NCBI GenBank assembly: GCA_051294375.1
Contig: CM119268.1
Span: 22,030,010 to 22,094,009 of the forward strand
From: Paraspadella gotoi
Taxonomy: Eukaryota > Animalia > Chaetognatha
Direction of reading: 5' to 3'
DNA length: 64,000 bases
Part shown: positions 25,448 through 37,500 of the stretch, piece after piece
Layout of the letters: each line of letters begins with the position of its first letter
How positions within the stretch are numbered: the stretch's first letter is position 1
The notes under the pieces: model-generated
What the model saw: the letters and a program-made list of their open reading frames with translations, nothing else
Database searches by the model: none
Told to the model about the DNA's origin: nothing
Program-made: the position numbers and the translations under genes

Positions 25448-25594
25448 TTTCCACAGTTCCTCGCGATGAACCCGATGATGATGATGAACGCGACGACGAT
25501 GATGTCGCTTCGCTTGAGACTCGGGGACGATGAGGAGGAGGAAGAGGAGGAAGAGGAAGGGACGGATCTTGATTTCCCCCGGGGGAGACTCCAT
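15336..25594 (-). CDS. Copy 2 of the same ZP-N-like membrane protein gene
   Basis: Near-identical exons. Exon 1 (25594-25447, 148 nt) and exon 7 (15774-15544, 231 nt) are intact here, while other exons carry 1-bp indels complementary to those of copy 1. Confidence 0.65.
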
Positions 25595-26045
25595 GATTCC
25601 GCCGCGAGGGTGAAAGGGGGGAGTGAGATCTGAAAATGGGGGGGAGGTGGGGGGGAGGAATTGTGAAGGTGTTTAATCAAATAGAAGAAGGAGATGATGA
25701 AGAAGAAGAGGAGGGAGAAAGAAGGAGGAAAGAAGGAGAAGAAGAAGAGATAGAAATTGGGAGGAGGAAGAAGAAGAAGAGATAGAAATTAGGCGGAAAG
25801 AAGGAGAAGAATAGGGACTAGGGAGGAAGAAAAAGAAGAAGAAGAAGAGAAGAAAATTAGGAGAAAAGAAGGAGAAGAAAAAGGAGGAAGAAAAACAAAA
25901 AAAAAGTAAGGAAGAAGAAGAAGATACTAAAAATAGGATAATAGGAAAATAAAAATAACAAAAGAAAAAAAATGGAAGAAAAAATTAGAAAGATAAAAGA
26001 TACAAAATGAAAAAATAAAAATGATGAGCTGCAACCGTAAAAAGA

Positions 26046-26139
<94 letters not shown>

Positions 26140-27019
26140 TGTAAAAAAAATCAAGAAAGCAAAAGAAAGAGTTCTCGTAAATCGAAAGAAAGCAACCAGG
26201 AAAGAAAGAAAGAAAGAAACAGATATAAGACTTTTCACCCATTCTTCACGAAAAAGTTTCACTAAAGCCTAACTTTTCATTTCGCAATCTGCGAGTGATA
26301 TTTTTAGAATCACCGTAAGCTTTTTTCACGACCTGTGATTCTTCACCGTGATCGATTTTCACTCGGACTCCATCTCACTTTCAAATTAAAATTTCTCTCT
26401 CGTCAACTGAAGCGAAGAAGATTCGACTCAATTCAAATCTTTTCTTTTCTTTTCTTCTTCCTCACTTCTTCTCTCCTTCTCCGTGACTTTACTTTTCTTT
26501 TTTGACCTCCTACACTTGTTCTTAACTTTTATTCTCTATTTTAACTAATTAAATTATTCTCTCTGCTCTTTTTAATCTCTTCCCTCTGTGTCTCCATAGG
26601 AGTGACACAAACTAATTCTCCCTTTCTTTCCTTTTCCTAACTTTTCCTTTCCTCCCTTTTTTCTCCCTTTCCTTTTTCTCTCTCTTTGTTTCCTATTTTA
26701 TTTCTCTTTTTCTTTTTTTTCCTATAAAAAAGTCAAAATCTCGATCGCATCAAAATAGAAAAGAAAAGAAAATAAGAATAAGAAAAGAAAAGAAAAAAAG
26801 TTATCAAACAAAAGAAAGAAAGGAAAAAAAACAAATAAAAGAAAGAAATGAAAAGAAACAAAGGAATCAAACAAAAAGAAAGAAAAGAAAAGAAACAAAG
26901 GAATCAAACAAAAAGAAAAGAAGGTTGAAGTAGATTTACTTTCGTTTTCCTTCAAGACAAGAAATTCTTTCCTTTTATTTTTCCGTCGGGAATTTTAAAT
27001 GAGAATCGAGTTTAGAATA

Positions 27020-27380
27020 AAACCTGATTTTTATCCAAAGATTTTTATCACAAGATATTTATGAGAAGATTTTCATCAAAAGATTTTTATGAGAATATTT
27101 TTATCAAAAGATTTTTATCAAAAGATTTTTATGAGAAGATTTTTATCAAAATATTTTTATGAGCAGATTTTTATCAAAAGATTTTTATGAGAATATTTTT
27201 ATCAAAAGATTTTTAGCAGACAATTATTATCAAAATATCTGAATTGGTTGATTTTTCTTGAAAGACTTTTATGAAATGATTTTTAGCAATATGTACTTTC
27301 GATAATTTTATTCAAGATATTTTTATCAAAAATTTATATCAAAGATTTCTATCAGACAATTTTCATCATAAAAATTCATA
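27020..27380. repeat. AT-rich ~14-bp minisatellite (AAAGATTTTTATC / GAGAAGATTTTTAT)
   Basis: Direct inspection. Confidence 0.8.
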
Positions 27381-28717
27381 TTCTGAGAAGCCTTTTCTTT
27401 TTAAAGAAATTTGTCTGATCAAAAACAATGTTTCTTAAAATAATAAAAAAATATATTTTCAGATTAGTTTAATATGAAAAAGAAAATGAGTTTGTCAAAT
27501 GTATGAGATCAATTTGGGGCACATTTTTAGTCGGAATCATGCAATATTTTTGAAGACCCAATAAAAAGTAATTGAATAATAGCCCGATTTAAAAACTTGT
27601 AACTCAGCCGATTTTTTTCCTATTTTTTTTATCGAACTTTTAGATTTAATCTCGTAGATTTAAACTTTTAGATTTAATCTCGTCTCAGGTGATTTTTTTG
27701 GGGAAAGGAATTTAGAATGAAATCTTCGAGAGAATAAAATTCTGAGGAAAGAAAGAAAAAAAGAAAAAAAAATAGAAAAAGAAAAGAAAGAAAAGAAAGA
27801 AAAGTAATGTTTATAAAATGAAGGAAATTCCTTTTCGACTTTAAACTTGATTCATTTTTAAACGAAATCGAAGAAAATTAAAAATTTATAAAATTGATTA
27901 ATTAATTAATAAAAATAAATATACGATTAAATGGAATAATCAATCTTTTTTTTTCGTAATTTACATTTTCCTGTATTGTTACGCGAGCCCGCGGCTCCAG
28001 GCAGTAGTAATATCTCAGGAGAGTTAATCTCTGGTTTGCTATTTTTCACAGTGGTGATAGAAAAGTTCCTTTAGTCACTCCTGGGCCAGGGCTACAAGAG
28101 CAGCGCAGGGCTAATAGAAATTGAAAACATTTCCCTCAACATTTGATAATCTTTGCCTCAATAAACGCTAAATTCCGGTATTATTTTTAATTAAATTACG
28201 TTTTCTTCAATGGAGGGTTGACGATCTTATCTATGAGAGTTGTAGATGCTCTTAGGATAAAAAATAATAGAAATATACTGTCCGGACCGGCGACTGGCCG
28301 TCCGAGTAGCTCGTCGACGTGGGGTTTGGAGGTATTACTTTCAACGACCTCAAACGAACCTATTTGGGCTTGAGTTAATGAAAAGTTTTTTCGATGAAGA
28401 TAAGAATGATGTAGACATATAGAGTAGTGAACGTGTAATCGAGTCTTGGTTTATCAACTAAATAAAGAGTTTATTTAATTTATTAATAAGTATAAAAGAA
28501 CCAAGAAGGTCCGTCTATTGAAACTGTTAATCTTGTTGAAGTGCCCGTGATTACATTAGTAGATTGCATACTGTTTTAACTAAATTTATTAAAAGGCACC
28601 CTGAGTTTGAATCTAAAAAGGTTTTTGTATTCTTAGTAAGACTGAGTCAATCGTGTGCTATATTTTTAAATAAATATCCGCCGTTACCCATTCCGTCACG
28701 CATCCGTCCGTTCAAAT

Positions 28718-29655
28718 ATGGACAATAATTTTGAACAGTCAAGGGGACGAGATGAAAGGAATGAAACGGAAACTGATCTTATTGTCAAAGAACGTCCTGT
28801 TGTTTTGTCTTCGCCAGTTAGAACCCAATCCTGTTGCACCATCGGCTCGACCTAGGCATCAGACGAGTTGAGACTCGTCAGGAGGTAAGCATTAAATCAG
28901 TTGAAATTATGGGTTATCTTGTTCATTTTACAATTTAACTAGGTTATTCATTAAGTTATTTACTTTAGGTCGTTCGTTCTGCTAATCAGTCGGGAAATTA
29001 TCCTCCGTTAATCACGTTCGATGATGATGCATACCCCTAAACGTGTTTTGTAAAAATCATTCCGTTGATCACTAAAACAGAAAACCCACAAGCTATTGGG
29101 TTCTGGCTCCCTCCACTTGATGTGAGTCCGTTGCCGCAATCCTACCATGGCCCAAGTTAGAGGAACCCTTCATTTCGATTCCATCGCTTATGGACTAAGG
29201 CCAAAACCTGGGCATCGACTCTCAGAGGATAACCATCGCCGTAACGTCCACCTGCCAAAGAAGGCGTGATTCAATATAAAATGCTTCCAAGCTCTGCTGG
29301 CCAAGTTAAGCCAGACCCTTAATTCAGGACAATAAACATTTGACTTCATGTGTTTCGTTATAGTAATTAGATTGCTACCATTGTCACATTGATACATCGG
29401 ATTATTCATGCTAGTGTTGTTTTTACGACGGTTGCGTCTCACAAGTTTTTCTTTTCTCTGTTTATTTGTTAAATTTGATATAAACTAATGACGGTCGTTG
29501 CCTTATTTCGATTAACACAGTGGAAAGTTGAGCTCGCTACGGACATTGCGGTCAAAGCCGGAACCCAAATGAAGATCGCGAGAATGGAAGATGAGAAGAT
29601 ATTAGCGAAGATTGGTTTTGCAGAAACTGTAAAAATGCTGGAGGAAGCTGGCACC
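28718..29655 (+). pseudogene. Spliced orphan ORF within the repeat unit (frameshifted in every copy; pseudogene or read error)
   Basis: Consensus across copies: MDNNFEQSRGRDE…PSIRRVETRQE|gtaag (28884), then tttag|VVRSANQSGNYPPLITFDDDDTPKRGFVKIIPFDH…GTLHFDSIAYGTKAKTWASTLRG (from 28969), then cacag|WKVELATDIAVKAGTQMKIARMEDEKILAKIGFAETVKMLEEAGT (from 29521). The 29521 and 36961 variants differ by synonymous changes in this frame (GCC/GCG, AAG/AAA, GCG/GCC). Confidence 0.55.
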
Positions 29656-31174
29656 GCTCGTTGGCTATTTTGTCAAGTGGTGATTAGAAAAAGTTCTTTA
29701 TAGTCACTCTCTGGGCCAGGGCTGAACAAGAGTGCAGGCGGGGCAGGGCTAATTAGAAATTGAAAAACATTTCGCCTTCAACATTTGATAATCTTTGCTG
29801 CAAGTAAACGCTAAATTCCGTAAATTATTTTTTAAAATTTAAATTAACGTTTTTGGCTTCAATGGAAGGGTTGACGATCTTATCTATGGAGAGTTTTGTA
29901 AGATTGCTCTTAGGGATAAAGAAATAATAGAAATATACTTGTCGGACCGGCCGACTGGCCGTTCCGAGTACTCATCGACGTGGGGGTTTGGAGGTATTAA
30001 CTTTCAACGACAGCTCAAACAAACTATTTGGGCTTGAAGTTAATGAAAAGTTTTTTCGATGAAGATTAAGAATGTTAAGTGAACGTGGTAATATCGAGTC
30101 TTTGGTTTATCACTAAATAAAGAATTTATTTAATTTATTAATAAGTATAAAAGAGCCCCAAGAAAGGTCCGTCTATTGAAACTGTTTAATGGCTTGTTGA
30201 AGGTGGGGCCCGTGATTACATATAGTAAAATTTTGCATACTGTTTTTAACTAAATTTATTAAAAGGCACGCGCTGAAGTTTAATCTAAAAAGGTTTTTTA
30301 GTAATCTCTTAAGTAAGACTGAGTCAATCTGGTGCATATATTAGTTAAATAAATAATCCGCCGTTACCTGCAATTCCGTCACGATCCGTCCCGTTCAAAT
30401 ATGGACAATAATCTTTGAACAGTGGCAAGGGGGACGAGATGAAGGGAATGAAAGCGGAAACTGATCTTATTGTCAAGAACGTCCTGATTGTTTTTGTCTT
30501 CGCAGTTAGAACCCAATCCTGTTGGGCACGCATCGGCCCTCGACGCTAGCATCAGACGAGTTGAGAGCTCCGTCAGGAGGTAAGCAATTAAATCATTGAA
30601 ATTAATGGGTTATCTTGTTCATTTTTAGATTTTTAACTAAAGGTATTACATTAAGTTATTACTTTAGGTCGTTCGTTTCTGCTAATCAGTCGGGAAATTA
30701 TCCTCCGTTAATCACGTTCGAGATGAGATGATGATACCCCTAAAGTAAACGTGGTTCCGTCAAAATCATTCCCGTTTGATCACAAAACACGAAAACCCAG
30801 CAAGCTTATGGTCTTCCCGCAACTTGTGTGATCCGTTGGGCCGCAACCATTCCTTACTCTGCCAAGTTACGAGGAACGTTTTCGATTCCTCGCTTATGGG
30901 ACAAGGCCAAAACCTGGGAATCAACTCTCAGAGAGTAACCGCCGGTAACGTGCCAGCCTTGCCAAAGAAGGCGGTGACAATATAACAATCGCTCCAAGCT
31001 CTGCTGGCCAAGTTAAGCAGACGCTTAATTCAGGACAAAAACATTAGACTTCTGCGTGTTTCGTTTATTTAGTAATTAGATTGTACCATTGTCACTTTGA
31101 ATAATCGGATATTATGCTAGTTGTTGTTTTCGATGTTGCGTCTCACTACGTTTTTTTTTTTTTTCTCTGTTATT

Positions 31175-31536
31175 TCACTGGTTACCAAGGTAACCGGGGG
31201 AGTGTTACGCGAGCCCTCGTCTCCAGACAGTAATATCTCAAGAGAGTTAATCTCGTTGCAATTTTGTCGACAGTGGTGGTAGAAAAGTTCTTTAGTCACT
31301 CCTGAGATACTAGCGTCTGGAGAGACTCTTGTGGATTTTTAGAAGAAGAACTTTGTAAAGAACCGAAGCCGGAGCAGAAACGTTAGTATTCAGTGAAATG
31401 ATATAGGGTATTTAATGTTTGCTATCTTTACCTTTTTGATAATCTAGGATTATCAAACGCTTGTGATCAATTGGATACTTAATATAAGGCTTTGCCTTTG
31501 GTTTAATGATCCTGTTCGTAATCATCTGCCAGGGCT
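31175..31536 (-). pseudogene. Possible spliced minus-strand ORF in the repeat unit
   Basis: ttgtag|PWQMI(T/M)NRIIKPKAKPYIKYPIDHKRLIILDYQK G|gtaaag…tactaac…ctccag|(D/G)ASISGVTKELFYHHCRQN…. The phases are consistent and the intron contains TACTAAC. Other copies have CGA>TGA. Confidence 0.35.
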
Positions 31537-34500
31537 ACAAGAGCAAAGCGCAGGGCTAATAGAAATTGAAAACATTTTCCTTAACATGTATAAAATTGAT
31601 ACAATTGATATCAACATTCCTCGACGCCATGCTTCACAATCGTCATGCCAATCATCTTTCCATGCCTTTTCTCTCATGCGGATAACGCCGGTCGATGGCC
31701 TTACACGGTGAGTTATTCTTTTTGTTCTCCTTTTTTAATATTCGCAAACTTTTCTTCCTCCCTTCGTTCATCTTCTTCCTTCCTTTCTCTCCTCTCAATT
31801 TCCCTGTACTCTCTCCTGCTTCTTCCTCTCTCTCCATTCTTTCTCCGGGCAACATTCCTCCCGGCTGACTCTCGCATCTCACCGTCCCTCTCCAACTTCC
31901 TTGCTCATCCATGTCCTCCCCTGCCGGCTCCATAGGCAGTAAGTATATATCTCAGGAGAGTTAATCGCTCGTTGGCTATTTTGTCAAGTGGTGATTAGAA
32001 AAAGTTCTTTATAGTCACTCTCTGGGCCAGGGCTGAACAAGAGTGCAGGCGGGGCAGGGCTAATTAGAAATTGAAAAACATTTCGCCTTCAACATTTGAT
32101 AATCTTTGCTGCAAGTAAACGCTAAATTCCGTAAATTATTTTTTAAAATTTAAATTAACGTTTTTGGCTTCAATGGAAGGGTTGACGATCTTATCTATGG
32201 AGAGTTTTGTAAGATTGCTCTTAGGGATAAAGAAATAATAGAAATATACTTGTCGGACCGGCCGACTGGCCGTTCCGAGTACTCATCGACGTGGGGGTTT
32301 GGAGGTATTAACTTTCAACGACAGCTCAAACAAACTATTTGGGCTTGAAGTTAATGAAAAGTTTTTTCGATGAAGATTAAGAATGTTAAGTGAACGTGGT
32401 AATATCGAGTCTTTGGTTTATCACTAAATAAAGAATTTATTTAATTTATTAATAAGTATAAAAGAGCCCCAAGAAAGGTCCGTCTATTGAAACTGTTTAA
32501 TGGCTTGTTGAAGGTGGGGCCCGTGATTACATATAGTAAAATTTTGCATACTGTTTTTAACTAAATTTATTAAAAGGCACGCGCTGAAGTTTAATCTAAA
32601 AAGGTTTTTTAGTAATCTCTTAAGTAAGACTGAGTCAATCTGGTGCATATATTAGTTAAATAAATAATCCGCCGTTACCTGCAATTCCGTCACGATCCGT
32701 CCCGTTCAAATATGGACAATAATCTTTGAACAGTGGCAAGGGGGACGAGATGAAGGGAATGAAAGCGGAAACTGATCTTATTGTCAAGAACGTCCTGATT
32801 GTTTTTGTCTTCGCAGTTAGAACCCAATCCTGTTGGGCACGCATCGGCCCTCGACGCTAGCATCAGACGAGTTGAGAGCTCCGTCAGGAGGTAAGCAATT
32901 AAATCATTGAAATTAAATGGGTTATCTTGATTCATTTTTAGCGAATTTAACTAAAGGTATTACATTAAGTTATTATGCTTTAGAGTCGTTCGTTCTGCTA
33001 ATCAGCTCGGAGAAATTATCCTCCGTTAATGCACGTTCGATGATGATGATGATGATACCGCCTAAAGCGTGGTTTGTAAAAATATTCCCGTTTGATCACT
33101 TAAAACACGAAAACGCCAGCAAGCTTATTGGGTTCTGGCTCCTCGCTAACTTGAAATGTGAGTCCGTTTGGGCCGCAACCATCCTTACATGGTCATGCCA
33201 AGTTACGAGGAACCCCTGTATTTCGAATTCCATCGCTTATGGGACTAAGGGCGCAAAACCTGGGCATCGAACTCTCAGAGGTATAACCATCGCCGGTAAC
33301 GTGCCAGCCTGCCAAAGAAGGCGGTGATTCAATATAAAAAATGCTTGCAAGCTCTGCTTGGCCATAGTTAAGCAGAGGAAACCGCTTAAATTCAGGACAA
33401 TAAACATTTGACTTCAAATGGTGTTTCGTTTATTTAGTAAATTAGATTGTACCATTGTCACATTGAATAATCGGATATTTCATGCTAGTTGTTGTTTTAC
33501 GATGGTTGGCGTCTCCAACAAGCGTTTTTTTTTCTTTTCTCTGTTATTGTTAAATTTTGGGATATAAACTAATGACGGTCCGTTGCCGTTTTCATTACGA
33601 TTAGCACAGTGGGAAGTTGAGCTTCGCTAGCGGACATTGCGGTCAAAAGCGGGAAACCCAAATGAAGAAAATCGCGAAGAATGGACAATTGAGAAGATAT
33701 TAAAGGCCAAGATTGTTTTGCAGAAGCTGTAAAAAATGGCTGCAGGAAGCTGGCACCCATTTGCTAGAGTCCTTAAATGATTTGGCGCTTGAGGAATGTT
33801 GACGAGGATGTGCACAGCGTTTAGAGACAATCCTGCGGGAATAGGAAATCAAAACGGGCGCATCAAGCCAACTTTGAAAAAAAAAAAAAAAACCCCCAAA
33901 TTGCCCATTAGGGGCTGGTACAAATTGAAGGGGCCAGGGAAAGTTTGCTTTCTGCCGTAACTCCCTTAGGAGCAAGTCGCCAGACGACGGCAATTGACGC
34001 GGTCGGAAGAGATTGACTCACGAGGCATCAAAAGATAAATCCAATTTCCGGCGAACGATGCGATCCACACGACGAAAGACTCCAGTTTTGGGCTTCTGGG
34101 AATCGTGTAGTTAAGAAAATTGAATCTGGAGAAAGCGTTATTAGAGCGAGATGGTGGACTTAAACAAAGACTCGCGACGAAATGATGTAATTAAACTCTC
34201 TACATAATGGTTTTTATTTTAAGAAAAAGGGCTCTTTAATATATTTCTTGTTGATTGTTTACGCATCTCATTTTTTATGAATTTAAATGTTAATTTAAAA
34301 ATAGTTTTAAGGTCATTTTTTTTTCATTAATAAGGCTCGAAGGGGTGCAAACTGATAATTTAAAATAAACGTTTTTGGCCGAACGCGCGCAATTACTTGC
34401 TAACAATATTACAGTGAACTGTTTCTAAAGATTAACTCTGAGCGGCACATTTGGATTTGGGTGTTACGGCATGAGCGTAGTTATCCGCAGCCGGTGACAT

Positions 34501-37500
34501 ACTTTTTGGAGTTGATCACAGAAGACTAGCGACTTAATGTTGACCAGGACGAGCTTCATCTGGCCGGACAAACAAATCCTCTCACTGGAGTCCGGAGATG
34601 ATCCCGGTCGCCACGAGAGGTGATTCAAGAATCGCTTTGCCTGCAAGCAAGGCCTTTCGCCGATGCAATTTTGAAATTTTTGTTAATGGTCGAAGACGAT
34701 GCCGGCCAGCAACCGGAAGGGCGGGCTGAAGATTTAACTGAACCAAAATTGGTCTATGGTATGGGAGATGATCGCCTCTTCGGCCCCGTCTTTTCGTCTG
34801 TTCACGGCCTATGAAAGAAGACAAACAGATGTAGTCGTAAACATTCGAAACGCGTGCGTGGGAACGGATTTGCAAAATGAGCCGTGGGTGGAGCACACCA
34901 GCAGTTCTGGGAGTTTTATTTGGTCTTATAAACTCTGGAGAAAGCCTGATGTACTTTATAAACTCGCATCGTGCGCGTTTTTTTCTTGGGAGGGCAGTCC
35001 ACTGTCCGCTTACGATGGCATCGCGGTCGGGCCCCTCAAATTTCGTTGCTGGAGCAGAGTGGACGGACGCCGAGGAAAGTCTCTAAAATTCTGTTTTCAC
35101 GGAGCCAAGACTTCTCATATCAANNNNNNNNNNNNNNNNNNNNNNNNNTCTCTCCCTCCCTCATTTCCCTGTACTCTCTCCTCTTCTTCCCTCTCTCTCC
35201 CTTCTTTCTCCCCAACATTCCTCCCCTCCTCTCCTTCTCCCTCCCTCTCCAACTTCCTTGCTCAAATCCTGTCTCCCTCCGGCTCCAGGCAGTAGTAATA
35301 TCTCAGGAGAGTTAATCGCTCGTTGGCTATTTTGTCAAGTGGTGATTAGAAAAAGTTCTTTATAGTCACTCTCTGGGCCAGGGCTGAACAAGAGTGCAGG
35401 CGGGGCAGGGCTAATTAGAAATTGAAAAACATTTCGCCTTCAACATTTGATAATCTTTGCTGCAAGTAAACGCTAAATTCCGTAAATTATTTTTTAAAAT
35501 TTAAATTAACGTTTTTGGCTTCAATGGAAGGGTTGACGATCTTATCTATGGAGAGTTTTGTAAGATTGCTCTTAGGGATAAAGAAATAATAGAAATATAC
35601 TTGTCGGACCGGCCGACTGGCCGTTCCGAGTACTCATCGACGTGGGGGTTTGGAGGTATTAACTTTCAACGACAGCTCAAACAAACTATTTGGGCTTGAA
35701 GTTAATGAAAAGTTTTTTCGATGAAGATTAAGAATGTTAAGTGAACGTGGTAATATCGAGTCTTTGGTTTATCACTAAATAAAGAATTTATTTAATTTAT
35801 TAATAAGTATAAAAGAGCCCCAAGAAAGGTCCGTCTATTGAAACTGTTTAATGGCTTGTTGAAGGTGGGGCCCGTGATTACATATAGTAAAATTTTGCAT
35901 ACTGTTTTTAACTAAATTTATTAAAAGGCACGCGCTGAAGTTTAATCTAAAAAGGTTTTTTAGTAATCTCTTAAGTAAGACTGAGTCAATCTGGTGCATA
36001 TATTAGTTAAATAAATAATCCGCCGTTACCTGCAATTCCGTCACGATCCGTCCCGTTCAAATATGGACAATAATCTTTGAACAGTGGCAAGGGGGACGAG
36101 ATGAAGGGAATGAAAGCGGAAACTGATCTTATTGTCAAGAACGTCCTGATTGTTTTTGTCTTCGCAGTTAGAACCCAATCCTGTTGGGCACGCATCGGCC
36201 CTCGACGCTAGCATCAGACGAGTTGAGAGCTCCGTCAGGAGGTAAGCAATTAAATCATTGAAATTAAATGGGTTATCTTGATTCATTTTTAGCGAATTTA
36301 ACTAAAGGTATTACATTAAGTTATTATGCTTTAGAGTCGTTCGTTCTGCTAATCAGCTCGGAGAAATTATCCTCCGTTAATGCACGTTCGATGATGATGA
36401 TGATGATACCGCCTAAAGCGTGGTTTGTAAAAATATTCCCGTTTGATCACTTAAAACACGAAAACGCCAGCAAGCTTATTGGGTTCTGGCTCCTCGCTAA
36501 CTTGAAATGTGAGTCCGTTTGGGCCGCAACCATCCTTACATGGTCATGCCAAGTTACGAGGAACCCCTGTATTTCGAATTCCATCGCTTATGGGACTAAG
36601 GGCGCAAAACCTGGGCATCGAACTCTCAGAGGTATAACCATCGCCGGTAACGTGCCAGCCTGCCAAAGAAGGCGGTGATTCAATATAAAAAATGCTTGCA
36701 AGCTCTGCTTGGCCATAGTTAAGCAGAGGAAACCGCTTAAATTCAGGACAATAAACATTTGACTTCAAATGGTGTTTCGTTTATTTAGTAAATTAGATTG
36801 TACCATTGTCACATTGAATAATCGGATATTTCATGCTAGTTGTTGTTTTACGATGGTTGGCGTCTCCAACAAGCGTTTTTTTTTCTTTTCTCTGTTATTG
36901 TTAAATTTTGGGATATAAACTAATGACGGTCCGTTGCCGTTTTCATTACGATTAGCACAGTGGGAAGTTGAGCTCGCTACGGACATTGCGGTCAAAGCGG
37001 GAACCCAAATGAAAATCGCGAGAATGGACAATGAGAAGATATTAGCCAAGATTGGTTTTGCAGAAGCTGTAAAAATGCTGCAGGAAGCTGGCACCATTGC
37101 AAGTCCTTTAATGATGTTGCGCTTGAGGATGTTGACGAGGATGTCCAGCGTTTAGAGACAATCCTGCGGGAAAGGATCAAAACGGGCCATCAAGCACTTG
37201 ACAATGCATTAGGCTGGTACAAATTGAAGCCAGGGGAAAGTTGCTTTCTGCCGTAACTCCTTAGGAGCAAGTCGCCACGACGACGGCAATTGACCGGTCG
37301 GAGAGATTGACTCACGAGGCATCAAAGATAATCATTTCGGCGACGATCGATCCACACGACGAAAGACTTCCAGTTTTGGGCTTCTGGGAATCGTGTAGTT
37401 AAGAAATTGAATCTGGAGAAAGCGTTATTAGACGAGATGGTCGACTTAAACAAANNNNNNNNNNNNNNNNNNNNNNNNNCTTTTAATTTCCATTTATGGC

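Noticed and set aside
29590-29655. 'DWFCRNCK' as a PHD-finger end in an alternative frame
   Set aside because: There is an in-frame stop just upstream, and the synonymous substitutions between variants favour the KILAKIGFAE frame.
31255-31330. 'VSPGASISGVTKEL' as an SGNH/GDSL esterase block of a LINE ORF1
   Set aside because: The flanking GDS and GxND motifs are absent, and the segment is better explained by an intron-exon boundary.
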